A stretch of DNA of 64,000 nt from Bacteroidota bacterium (GTDB lineage: Bacteria > Bacteroidota > Bacteroidia > Bacteroidales > GCA-2748055), in contig JBNJEV010000011.1 in the NCBI GenBank assembly GCA_051746185.1, forward strand, positions 9,995 through 73,994, read 5' to 3'. Below are positions 46,773-54,854 of this stretch, piece by piece. Every line of letters begins with the position of its first letter. The stretch's first letter is position 1. The position numbers and the translations under genes are program-made. Under the pieces are notes generated by a model. That model was not told the origin of the DNA. It did not search any database and saw nothing but the letters and a program-made list of their open reading frames with translations.

Positions 46773-47671
46773 TGCTTTTTTTCCGCTATTCTCAGTTTGG
46801 CACTCCTGGCCCTTTTATTTTCCGCGATCTCCGCGGCAGCGGGCCTGATCACATTCCGGTTCACAATCTTCCATGGGGTTTCCGCATGTCCGTAAAAGTC
46901 CTTGTGAATGATCCCCTCCAGGTTCCCCGATCGCATATAGTTCTTCACCAGCCGATCTTCCACCGAATGATAGGTGATCACCACCAAGCGTCCGCCCGGG
47001 GCCATGCATTCCGCGGTTTGCGGTAACATGTCCTTCAGTGCTTCCACCTCTTCATTCACCTCGATCCGCAGGGCCTGATAGACCCGGGCCAGGAATTTGC
47101 TGGGATGACTCCGGGGGATGAATTTCCGGAGCACTTCCTGCAGGTCCCCGGTGGTGGTCAGTTCCCTTTCGGTTCTCGCCCTTGCCACGGCCCGGGAAAT
47201 GATCCTTGCATTATTCAGCTCCCCATATTGCCTGAAGATCCTTTCCAGATCCTCCGGTGAGTAGCGGTTCAGTACCTCTGATGCCTTTTTTTTCCCCCGG
47301 ATGTCCATGCGCATATCAAGCGCCTGGTCGGATTTGAAAGAAAAGCCCCGTTCGGGGCTGTCGATTTGATGTGATGAAATACCCAGATCCGCCAGGATCC
47401 CATTGACCCGATCAATGGCATGGTATCTCAGGAAATTTCTTAAGTATCTAAAGTTTGCCCCCACAAAGATGAACCGCTCGTCATCCGGAACATTGGCTTC
47501 CGCTTCCAGATCCTGATCAAAGGCCACGAGCCTGCCCTGTTTCCCCAACTTGTTAAGAACTTCTCGGGAGTGCCCCCCTCCACCAAAGGTCAGATCCACA
47601 TAAATGCCCTTTGGGTGTATGTTTAATCCTTCAATACTCTCATGCAACAGTACCGGCCTGTGATAGCCCAT
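46769..47671 (-). CDS. rsmH: 16S rRNA (cytosine1402-N4)-methyltransferase
   Basis: 300 aa: HRPVLLHESIEGLNI…YVDLTFGGGGHS…ADLGISSHQID…ITYHSVEDRLVK. Confidence 0.95.
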   Translation of the reverse strand: MGYHRPVLLHESIEGLNIHPKGIYVDLTFGGGGHSREVLNKLGKQGRLVAFDQDLEAEANVPDDERFIFVGANFRYLRNFLRYHAIDRVNGILADLGISSHQIDSPERGFSFKSDQALDMRMDIRGKKKASEVLNRYSPEDLERIFRQYGELNNARIISRAVARARTERELTTTGDLQEVLRKFIPRSHPSKFLARVYQALRIEVNEEVEALKDMLPQTAECMAPGGRLVVITYHSVEDRLVKNYMRSGNLEGIIHKDFYGHAETPWKIVNRNVIRPAAAEIAENKRARSAKLRIAEKKQ

Positions 47672-48138
47672 TATGTATCTGGTTCCTCAAATGATCCTCC
47701 CAGGATTCTCTCGGCCATGGCAGCAAAATCCTCATCTGCCTGGCTGACCCTGCCGTACTGGTCAGATGCCCAGACCTCAATTCGTCCCGACTGGCCAGCC
47801 ATCACCACCTCATCTTTGATCCCTGCATATTCCAGAAGACGTTTCGGGATCAGCATCCTGTTGCTGGCATCCAGGGAAACCTCGGCTGTCCCCGAATAGA
47901 ACATCCTTAAAAACCTAGCATGTTCCTTGTTGTAAGGATTTGTCCTGGACCTGATGATCCGGTTCTGGCGCTCCCATTCTTCCATCGGGTAGAGGATCAG
48001 GCAGGGATCAAACACATCCCGTTTCAGTACGAAACCGTTCCGGCTGTCATCCCGGATCTGCTTTTTGAATGCAGCCGGAAAGGAGAGCCTGCCCTTCGGA
48101 TCAAGCCTGACCGTATAGTCCCCGATAAAGGTTATCAT
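47671..48138 (-). CDS. mraZ: Transcriptional regulator MraZ
   Basis: 155 aa: FIGDYTVRLDPKGRLSFPAAF, plus a second DxxxR-type half (…LDASNRMLIPKRL…). It is the first gene of the dcw cluster. Confidence 0.95.
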   Translation of the reverse strand: MITFIGDYTVRLDPKGRLSFPAAFKKQIRDDSRNGFVLKRDVFDPCLILYPMEEWERQNRIIRSRTNPYNKEHARFLRMFYSGTAEVSLDASNRMLIPKRLLEYAGIKDEVVMAGQSGRIEVWASDQYGRVSQADEDFAAMAERILGGSFEEPDT

Positions 48139-48180
48139 TTGGTTACCACAGGGTTTGAACGTAAAAATAGTACTTTTTCA

Positions 48181-48216
48181 CCACTTTATACCATTTCCTC
48201 CCACTTTTTCCCACTT
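48181..48216 (-). promoter_or_regulatory. Putative MraZ operator: four direct repeats AA(G/A)TGG(G/T) at exact 10-bp spacing
   Basis: The plus strand reads ccactttata|ccatttcctc|ccactttttc|ccactttgtt. The minus strand reads aaGTGGGaaaaaGTGGGaggaaATGGTataaaGTGGTg. The boxes lie 43-78 nt upstream of the mraZ ATG. Confidence 0.55.
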
Positions 48217-48260
48217 TGTTGATAACTTTTGACCTGTAGCGATCGATGGGAATTTTTATT

Positions 48261-48268
48261 TAATTTTG
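48261..48268 (+). promoter_or_regulatory. Candidate -7 promoter box (TAnnTTTG)
   Basis: taattttg ends 20 nt upstream of the ATG at 48288 and 41 nt upstream of the ATG at 48309. This is a motif match only. Confidence 0.3.
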
Positions 48269-48287
48269 TGATCACGCCCGGGCTACC

Positions 48288-49175
48288 GTGCGGAAAGAGA
48301 TATTCGTCATGGACGAAGCAACACATAAGAGGAATTTTAAGCCGGTAAATCTCAGGGATTTATTCATGGATAAAAATCCATCCCTCGCCCGGTGGATCCC
48401 CGGTTTCGTGTACAGGCTTCTTTCCCGTATGCTTCGGATCGATTTCATGAATACCATTCTTTATGAGCACGGGCACAAAAAAAATGCGGAATTTGCACGC
48501 TCCTCCCTGGAGGTTTTCAATGTGACCACTGAAGCAGTGGGGAAAGAAAATCTACCCCGGGAAGGGAGATATATCTTTGCTTCAAATCATCCGCTGGGCG
48601 GATTCGACGGGGTCATGATCATCTGTGAGCTGGACCGTCTCTATTCGCGTCTGAAAGTGCTTGTGAATGACCTGCTGATGAATGCGAAAAACATGGATGG
48701 ACTGTTCGTACCGATCAACAAGCACGGAGCACAGGCCATGGACAATGTACGCCGCATCAATGCCCTATTTGAATCGGACGCCCAGATCCTTACATTCCCC
48801 GCCGGTCTGGTCTCACGAAGGAAAAAGGGGGTGATCAGGGATGTAGAATGGCAGAAAAACTTCATTACCAAAGCTGTGCAGACCCGACGAGATGTGGTCC
48901 CCATCCATGTGACCGGCCGCTGTTCAAATTTCTTTTACAACCTTTCCAATATCAGAAAGTTTCTGGGGATCAAGGCCAACCTGGAGATGTTCTTTTTGCC
49001 CAACGAAACCTACAGGCACCGGAACAAGCATTTTGTGATCACCTTCGGAAAACCCATTCCATACCAGACATTTGACAGGCGGTATACTCCCAAACAGTGG
49101 GCGGAGCGGGTGAAGGAGCATGTATATTCACTTCCGGAAGATCATCAGATTTCTTTCGGATCGATTAAGAACTAA
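48288..49175 (+). CDS. Lysophospholipid/glycerol acyltransferase-family protein (GlsA-like O-acyltransferase); start at 48288 or 48309
   Basis: 295 aa. It has a PlsC-type acyltransferase block YIFASNHPLGGFDG and a later FPAGLVSRR block. It lies directly upstream of an OlsB/GlsB-like N-acyltransferase. Confidence 0.75.
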   Translation: MRKEIFVMDEATHKRNFKPVNLRDLFMDKNPSLARWIPGFVYRLLSRMLRIDFMNTILYEHGHKKNAEFARSSLEVFNVTTEAVGKENLPREGRYIFASNHPLGGFDGVMIICELDRLYSRLKVLVNDLLMNAKNMDGLFVPINKHGAQAMDNVRRINALFESDAQILTFPAGLVSRRKKGVIRDVEWQKNFITKAVQTRRDVVPIHVTGRCSNFFYNLSNIRKFLGIKANLEMFFLPNETYRHRNKHFVITFGKPIPYQTFDRRYTPKQWAERVKEHVYSLPEDHQISFGSIKN

Positions 49176-49187
49176 AATCCACCTGGC

Positions 49188-50210
49188 ATGAAAATGAAAG
49201 AGATCATTCCCCCGGTACCCCTTGACGCCATCAAAAGCGAGCTCACGGATGATAAATGCATCCGGAGGACCAATAAAGCCGGGAACAGGATCTATGTGAT
49301 CAATGCGGTCAACGCACCCAACACCATGCGGGAGATCGGGAGGCTGAGGGAACTCTCCTTCCGCAATGCAGGAGGGGGAACCGGGCTGCAATGCGACCTG
49401 GATGAATTTGATACGGGAGAGAATTCCTACCAGCAACTGATCGTCTGGGATCCCGATGAAGAGGCCATTTTGGGTGGCTACCGGTTCTTTATCTGCGAGC
49501 CCGGCAATTATATCAAAGAAGGTGATATCAGGCTGGCCACCGCCAAGCTTTTCAATTTCTCCGACAAATTCATCAAACATTATCTTCCCCATATGATCGA
49601 GCTGGGGCGCTCCTTTGTTCAGCCCAGATACCAGTCCACCGCCATGAGAAGAAAGGGCATCTATGCGCTGGATAACCTCTGGGACGGACTGGGCACCCTG
49701 GTACTGGACTATCCCAGCAAAATGTATATGTTCGGAAAGGTGACCATGTACCTTCATTACCATCAGATGGCAAGGGACATGATCCTGTTCTTCCTGGACA
49801 AGCATTTCCCGGACCATGAAGAACTTGTCACACCCAAACAGCCTCTGAAGGTAGTCACCGACCGGGCCAGGCTGACTGCCATCTTCACCGGTCAGGACTA
49901 CAGCGAGGACTACAAGATCCTTTCCAGGGAGGTTCGTGCCTGTGGGGAGAACATTCCTCCCCTGATCAATGCCTACATGAACCTGTCACCCTCCATGCGG
50001 AATTTCGGTACGGTGCTGAACAAATCTTTCGGGGATGTGGAGGAAACAGGGATCATGATCACCGTCAATGATCTTTACAAGGCCAAGGTGGAGCGTCATG
50101 TGGCCAATTATGTTCCCAAACATCTTCAAAGGATAAGAAGCATCCGCAGAAGGGATTTGAAGATACGGCGGCTGTTCAGAAGGTTCAATTTCTATAAGCG
50201 CGGGCATTGA
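49188..50210 (+). CDS. GNAT-fold N-acyltransferase of the OlsB/GlsB ('hemolysin-like') family
   Basis: 340 aa: …MREIGRLRELSFRNAGGGTGLQCDLDEFD…YQQLIVWDPDEEAILGGYRF…IELGRSFVQPRYQ… This is characteristic of amino-acid N-acyl transferases of lipoamino-acid pathways. Confidence 0.75.
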   Translation: MKMKEIIPPVPLDAIKSELTDDKCIRRTNKAGNRIYVINAVNAPNTMREIGRLRELSFRNAGGGTGLQCDLDEFDTGENSYQQLIVWDPDEEAILGGYRFFICEPGNYIKEGDIRLATAKLFNFSDKFIKHYLPHMIELGRSFVQPRYQSTAMRRKGIYALDNLWDGLGTLVLDYPSKMYMFGKVTMYLHYHQMARDMILFFLDKHFPDHEELVTPKQPLKVVTDRARLTAIFTGQDYSEDYKILSREVRACGENIPPLINAYMNLSPSMRNFGTVLNKSFGDVEETGIMITVNDLYKAKVERHVANYVPKHLQRIRSIRRRDLKIRRLFRRFNFYKRGH

Positions 50211-50290
50211 GCCTGCACGGACGCGAGAAGTTCAGAGAAGCACAACGGAAGCGCGGACTGTGAGCGGCGCGGACTGTAATCCGGGAATGA

Positions 50291-52192
50291 TCAGTACGCG
50301 CGGGCATTGATGCCGTGGATATAATTCAAAAATGACCGGGTAACCACCTTGTTCCCCCCGGGAGTGGGGTAATCGCCGGTGAAATACCAGTCGCCCGTGT
50401 GCCCGGGAATGGCCAGGTGCAGGTTCTCGATGGTCTGGTAGACCACCTTTACCTCCGTGCGGATGTGCCTGTCGGTGATCATTTCGGCAATTTTTTCACT
50501 GATCTGGTCGGGTGTAAAAGGCCTGTAGATGTCTTTTACATAATTGACCTGCTCCTCAAGGGGCAGGTCCTGCTGCATGCTGCATTTTTTATACACTTCG
50601 TTGATCACGTGCTCCATCTCCTTCTCTTTCAGCAGCGCGATAGCCGCCTGGAAGGCAATGAAATCCCCCAGCTTGGCCATGTCGATCCCGTAGCAGTCGG
50701 GGTACCTGATCTGGGGAGAAGAGGAAACCACCACAATCCGTTTCGGCTTCAGCCGGTCAAGTATCCTGATAATGCTTTGCCTCAGGGTGGTGCCCCGCAC
50801 AATGCTGTCATCAATGATCACCAGGTTGTCCTTTCCCGGCCGGATGGTACCGTAGGTGATATCGTATACATGGCTGACCATCTCCTTCCGCCCCTTTTCC
50901 TGAGAGATGAAAGTGCGAAGCTTCAGGTCCTTGATGGCCACCTTTTCCACCCTGGGCTTGCGGGAAATGATCCTGCAGAGATCCTGATCTGAGAGCTGTC
51001 CCCCGGCAGCTTTCAGTTCCTCCTGCTTGCCCTTCTCCATGGTCTTTTCGACTTCCTTGATCATGCCGTAAAAGGCCGATTCTGCAGTATTGGGGATATA
51101 GGAAAAGACCGTATTCTCCAGATCATGATCAACAGCATCCAGGATCTTGGGGACCAGCAATTCCCCCAGCCTTTTCCGCTCCCTGTAGATCTCCGCATCA
51201 CTTCCCCTGGAAAAATAGATCCGTTCGAAGGAGCAGGATTTTCTTTCCCCCGGTTCGCGGACCTGCTCAAGGAGAACTTCCCCCCCTTTTTTGATGATCA
51301 GGGCATGTCCCGGGGGCAGTTCGCGGACCCGGTCAAATTCCACATCCATGGCCGTCTGTATGGCCGGGCGTTCCGAGGTAACGATGGCTATTTCTTCGTC
51401 ATGGTAATAATAGGCCGGACGGATCCCCCAGGGATCACGCATGGCAAACAGGTCGCCGTGTCCGATCATTCCCGCAACCGTATAACCTCCATCCCACCGT
51501 TTGCTGGCCTCGCCCAGGAGCTTGCCCATATTCAAATGGGTGGAGATCATCCCGGTAATGTCCCGGTTGGAGTATCCTTCATCCTTGAACCGTTCAAATA
51601 AACGCTGGTTCTCCACATCCAGGAAATGTCCCACCTTCTCCAGCATGGTCACCGTATCGGAATATTCTTTGGGAAACTGTCCCAGATCCACCAGGACCTG
51701 GAAGAGCTCGTCCACATTGGTCAGATTGAAATTCCCCGCCATGACCAGGCTGCGGGTGCGCCAGTTGTTCTGGCGCAGGACCGGGTGCAGGTTATCCGAG
51801 ACATTGCGGCCGAAGGTCCCGTATCGAAGGTGTCCCAGGTAGGCTTCCGCCGCATAGGGAAGATTCATTTTGGCCCAGTGGGGGTCCTCGATGACTTCCG
51901 CATTCTTGCGCTCTGCCTTCCCGTAATTGTTATGGATCTTTCTGAAAATCTCATTGATGGCGGCGGGACCGGCCACCCGCTGGCGATGGAAGTATTTCAT
52001 GCCCGGAGGCACATTCAGTTTGAGACTGACGATCCCCGCTCCGTCCTGTCCCCGGTTCCTCTGCTTCTCCATGAGCAGGTAAAGCTTTTCCAGTCCGTAT
52101 TGCCATGACCCGTAAGTAAGCCGGTAATACTCCAGCGGTTTCAGGAGCCTGATCAGTGCAATTCCGCACTTGTGCCTTAGCTGGTCGGTCAT
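50291..52192 (-). CDS. purF: Amidophosphoribosyltransferase (long Bacteroidota type)
   Basis: 633 aa. It has an N-terminal Ntn Cys in HKCGIALIRL, a class-II glutamine amidotransferase domain, and a PRTase motif (LVIIDDSIVRGTT). Confidence 0.9.
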   Translation of the reverse strand: MTDQLRHKCGIALIRLLKPLEYYRLTYGSWQYGLEKLYLLMEKQRNRGQDGAGIVSLKLNVPPGMKYFHRQRVAGPAAINEIFRKIHNNYGKAERKNAEVIEDPHWAKMNLPYAAEAYLGHLRYGTFGRNVSDNLHPVLRQNNWRTRSLVMAGNFNLTNVDELFQVLVDLGQFPKEYSDTVTMLEKVGHFLDVENQRLFERFKDEGYSNRDITGMISTHLNMGKLLGEASKRWDGGYTVAGMIGHGDLFAMRDPWGIRPAYYYHDEEIAIVTSERPAIQTAMDVEFDRVRELPPGHALIIKKGGEVLLEQVREPGERKSCSFERIYFSRGSDAEIYRERKRLGELLVPKILDAVDHDLENTVFSYIPNTAESAFYGMIKEVEKTMEKGKQEELKAAGGQLSDQDLCRIISRKPRVEKVAIKDLKLRTFISQEKGRKEMVSHVYDITYGTIRPGKDNLVIIDDSIVRGTTLRQSIIRILDRLKPKRIVVVSSSPQIRYPDCYGIDMAKLGDFIAFQAAIALLKEKEMEHVINEVYKKCSMQQDLPLEEQVNYVKDIYRPFTPDQISEKIAEMITDRHIRTEVKVVYQTIENLHLAIPGHTGDWYFTGDYPTPGGNKVVTRSFLNYIHGINARAY

Positions 52193-52207
52193 CAGTGAAA
52201 GGATCTG

Positions 52208-52699
52208 TTAATCGCTGTTGTTGATATTGATATAATCCTGCACCAGAATGGGATTGGGGAAATTCTTTTTTACCCGGTCATACAGCTTCAGCGCTTCACT
52301 CCTGGTCCTGCAGTCTCCCACATATACTTTGAAAAAAGGTTCGTCGTAGTGATAGTAGGCATCGATCCCGGGATAGAGTGAAAGGAACCTGGCCCTTACC
52401 CGCTGCTGTTCTTCCTTGGCTCCGATGCCGCTGTCGGAATAGATCCTGATACGGTATCCGGGAACCCCTTTTATCTCCCTGTTCCGGGCGAGGTGCTTGT
52501 AATAATTCACAACCAGCAGGCTGTCCGCAATGATCCGGACCTCTTCCTCCTGTTGGTCCATCAGCCGTGTCAGCAGATCTTCGTCCGAACCCGCAAGCCG
52601 CCGTGACTGACCGTCCAGCGCGGAGACCGGGATCAGCAAAAATAAACTACAGAGCAATATCAATCTCATTGGGATGAAATGTGGGATAAAATTAATCAA
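52208..52699 (-). CDS. SPOR-domain protein
   Basis: 163 aa with a signal peptide. The C-terminal YRIRIYSDSGIGAKEEQQRVRARFLSLYPGIDAYYHYDEPFFKVYVGDCRTRSEALKLYDRVKKNF fits the SPOR fold pattern. Confidence 0.7.
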   Translation of the reverse strand: MINFIPHFIPMRLILLCSLFLLIPVSALDGQSRRLAGSDEDLLTRLMDQQEEEVRIIADSLLVVNYYKHLARNREIKGVPGYRIRIYSDSGIGAKEEQQRVRARFLSLYPGIDAYYHYDEPFFKVYVGDCRTRSEALKLYDRVKKNFPNPILVQDYININNSD

Positions 52700-52749
52700 A
52701 ATTAAATTCCCGTTGCCGGTCCCAATACAATTTTGATTACTTTCACAAC

Positions 52750-53430
52750 ATGCAGGGGCAAAGGAACAACTGGCTGAGACGAAGGGAGGTGGTCACCGGA
52801 CTGGTGATCATCCTGGCAACTTTTGTATATTTCATCGCCATTCTTTTTGATTTCGATTTCGTAAGCTCCTATGCCACCCTGGAGGAAGACCTGGGCTATC
52901 TTTCCGAGCAGATCAGCAACCAGATGATCAGTTCCATTGCCTGGATCACCACTGCCCTGGTCACCATGGTCTCCATTCCGTTCTACCTGCTTGTATTCCA
53001 TAAAAGGCTGCAGTCACTCCATTTCTTAAACGGACTTTTTCTGCTGGGAGCATCCCTGGGGTTTCTGCTGATGGGGAAAACAGGTCTCGATCTTCACCAG
53101 GCCATGCTCCAAATGCCGGTGGAAAACCTGCAGGAAGCCGACGAAGGACTGAGGATTTCACTGCTGCAGCTATTCAGGCAGGAACAGTTGTTCAGACGGA
53201 TCGGAAGCAGCTTTGTGGGCCTGTTTGCCATCGGACTGGCACTGACACGATTCAGAATAGCCCGGATCCCGCTCTTCTCCACCGGAATTCTGCTTGTGTC
53301 GGGTCCGGTACTGATATTCTTCAACTGGTACGATCCCGATCATCTTATACGGACCGGCGCCATGGCCGGCATCATGACCGGGGTGGTGGTATTCTGCGTG
53401 AGACTGATCAACAGGGGACTCTCCGCGTAG
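52750..53430 (+). CDS. Hypothetical polytopic membrane protein
   Basis: 226 aa with about 6 hydrophobic helices and reasonable codon usage. I recognise no family with confidence (possibly DUF4386-like). Confidence 0.45.
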   Translation: MQGQRNNWLRRREVVTGLVIILATFVYFIAILFDFDFVSSYATLEEDLGYLSEQISNQMISSIAWITTALVTMVSIPFYLLVFHKRLQSLHFLNGLFLLGASLGFLLMGKTGLDLHQAMLQMPVENLQEADEGLRISLLQLFRQEQLFRRIGSSFVGLFAIGLALTRFRIARIPLFSTGILLVSGPVLIFFNWYDPDHLIRTGAMAGIMTGVVVFCVRLINRGLSA

Positions 53431-53488
53431 TGTCACTCCCAGCAAGCAATTTTCCGTCCTTCGGGCTGACGAGCAGAAGCCTTGCCGG

Positions 53489-54229
53489 TCAGGCCAGGGC
53501 CTCTGAGACTGCATCGGAGACCTCCAGGTTATGGGAGACCGACTGAACATCGTCGTCATCTTCAAATTCCTCGATCACCCTCATGATCCTTACGGCTTCC
53601 TCCACCGGCAACTCCACGGTATCATTGGGGATCCTCTGAAGTTCCGCACTGTCGGGCTCCACACCCATCTCTTCAAGTTTTTTCTGAACTGCATGGAAAT
53701 CTTCCATGGAAGTAGTGATAAGAAAGGTATCATCTTCCATATCTACCTCTTCCACTCCTGCATCGATCAGCTCCAGCTGGAACTCTTCGGGATCCAGGTC
53801 ACCTCTGGAAAGACTGATGATCCCTTTGCGATCGAACAGAAAACTAAGGGAACCGTGCGTGCCCAGGTTGCCTCCTGCCTTGTTGAAAGTGGACCGGATG
53901 CTGCTCACCGTACGGTTTTTGTTATCCGTCAGACAGTCAACAACCACCCCGATCCCGTGAGGCAACATTCCCTCAAAGGTAAGTTCCTGGAAAGAGGAAT
54001 GGTCTTTGTCCGCTTTGGAAATGGCCCGCTGGATAGTATCCTTGGGCATGTTCATGCCCTTGGCGTTCTGGATGGCGGAACGCAGACGGGGATTCGTATC
54101 GGGATCGGATCCGCCTTCTTCCGCTGCCACGGTGATCTCCTTGATCAGTTTGGTGAACATCTTTCCCCGCCTGGCATCATTGGCACTTTTTTTCCTTTTG
54201 ATGGTGGACCATTTGCTGTGACCTGACAT
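53489..54229 (-). CDS. YebC/PmpR-family transcriptional regulator
   Basis: 246 aa: MSGHSKWSTIKRKKSANDARRGKMFTKLIKEITVAA… is the canonical family N-terminus. Confidence 0.95.
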   Translation of the reverse strand: MSGHSKWSTIKRKKSANDARRGKMFTKLIKEITVAAEEGGSDPDTNPRLRSAIQNAKGMNMPKDTIQRAISKADKDHSSFQELTFEGMLPHGIGVVVDCLTDNKNRTVSSIRSTFNKAGGNLGTHGSLSFLFDRKGIISLSRGDLDPEEFQLELIDAGVEEVDMEDDTFLITTSMEDFHAVQKKLEEMGVEPDSAELQRIPNDTVELPVEEAVRIMRVIEEFEDDDDVQSVSHNLEVSDAVSEALA

Positions 54230-54245
54230 ATGCTTGTTTTTTTTA

Positions 54246-54253
54246 CAAAATTA
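54246..54253 (-). promoter_or_regulatory. Candidate -7 promoter box (TAnnTTTG) for the YebC-family gene
   Basis: The minus strand reads taattttg, ending 16 nt upstream of the ATG at 54229. This is a motif match only. Confidence 0.3.
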
Positions 54254-54303
54254 GCAAAATGCCCGCTTTCTGAAAAGCGATCCAATGCCGGCCACACGGC
54301 CCG

Positions 54304-54834
54304 TCATTTCGCGATCACCTGTACTCCCCCGAATACCACATCCACTTTGATATCCAGGGTATTTTTCTCCTTTGAATAGACATCGGTCTGGTAGACCGCG
54401 GAACCGAATACGGCCGTATTGCCATCCGGCAGCTCAGCCCCTGCAAACACCGCTTCGGCATTGACCTTTACGGGCATTTCCCTTGAGACAATGATCTGAC
54501 TTCCGCCGAAAACCGTGCTGATCTTCACCCGGAAGCTTTCCTCGCTCAGGTCCACCCCGGTGAAATCATACACGCCCTTCCCGAAAAGGACATTGTATTC
54601 CTTTCCCGGTTCCGGACGGTCATAGGTCCGTTCATTAAAAATGGTGTCTTCGGGCTCAAAATGATGAGACCACATGAATCTTCCAAACAATAACCTGACT
54701 CCCAGCAGGATGAGAAAAATACCCGCAACGACTTTGAACACCGGGAAATCCAGATTGAAAACCACTTTAAGAATCAGTGCAACACCCAGTAAGAGTAGAA
54801 ATGCACCCCAGAATAGTCCTGCTCCCATTTTCAT
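54304..54834 (-). CDS. Membrane protein with a LiaF-like (DUF2154-type) C-terminal beta domain
   Basis: 176 aa with two N-terminal TM helices. The repetitive beta-rich C-terminus is …VKISTVFGGSQIIVSREMPVKVNAEAVFAGAEL…LDIKVDVVFGGVQVIAK. Confidence 0.5.
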   Translation of the reverse strand: MKMGAGLFWGAFLLLLGVALILKVVFNLDFPVFKVVAGIFLILLGVRLLFGRFMWSHHFEPEDTIFNERTYDRPEPGKEYNVLFGKGVYDFTGVDLSEESFRVKISTVFGGSQIIVSREMPVKVNAEAVFAGAELPDGNTAVFGSAVYQTDVYSKEKNTLDIKVDVVFGGVQVIAK

Positions 54835-54854
54835 CAGTTTAAGATTTAAAACAT

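Noticed and set aside
45187-46848. 553-aa plus-strand ORF across ftsI/ftsL
   Set aside because: It is antisense to ftsI and ftsL. The translation is low-complexity and P/G/H-rich with no family resemblance. It is a shadow ORF.
32827-48138. Absence of murF, ddl and murB from the dcw cluster
   Set aside because: The order mraZ-rsmH-ftsL-ftsI-murE-mraY-murD-ftsW-murG-murC-ftsQ-ftsA-ftsZ without murF or ddl is, to my knowledge, the normal Bacteroidota arrangement and is not an anomaly.
52702-53001. 99-aa minus-strand ORF between the SPOR gene and the membrane-protein gene
   Set aside because: It mostly overlaps the plus-strand 226-aa membrane protein in antisense. It is G/D/H/Q-rich with no signal of real coding.
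49128-54226. Antisense ORFs at 49128..49817(-), 50399..50992(+), 51125..52108(+) and 53531..54226(+)
   Set aside because: Each lies wholly within and opposite a recognised gene (the GlsB-like gene, purF, or the YebC-family gene).
54264-54279. Hairpin cgctttctgaaaagcg downstream of the LiaF-like gene as an intrinsic terminator
   Set aside because: It has only a 6-bp AT-rich stem with an interrupted T-run (ggcattttgctaatttt on the minus strand). That is too weak to call as a feature.
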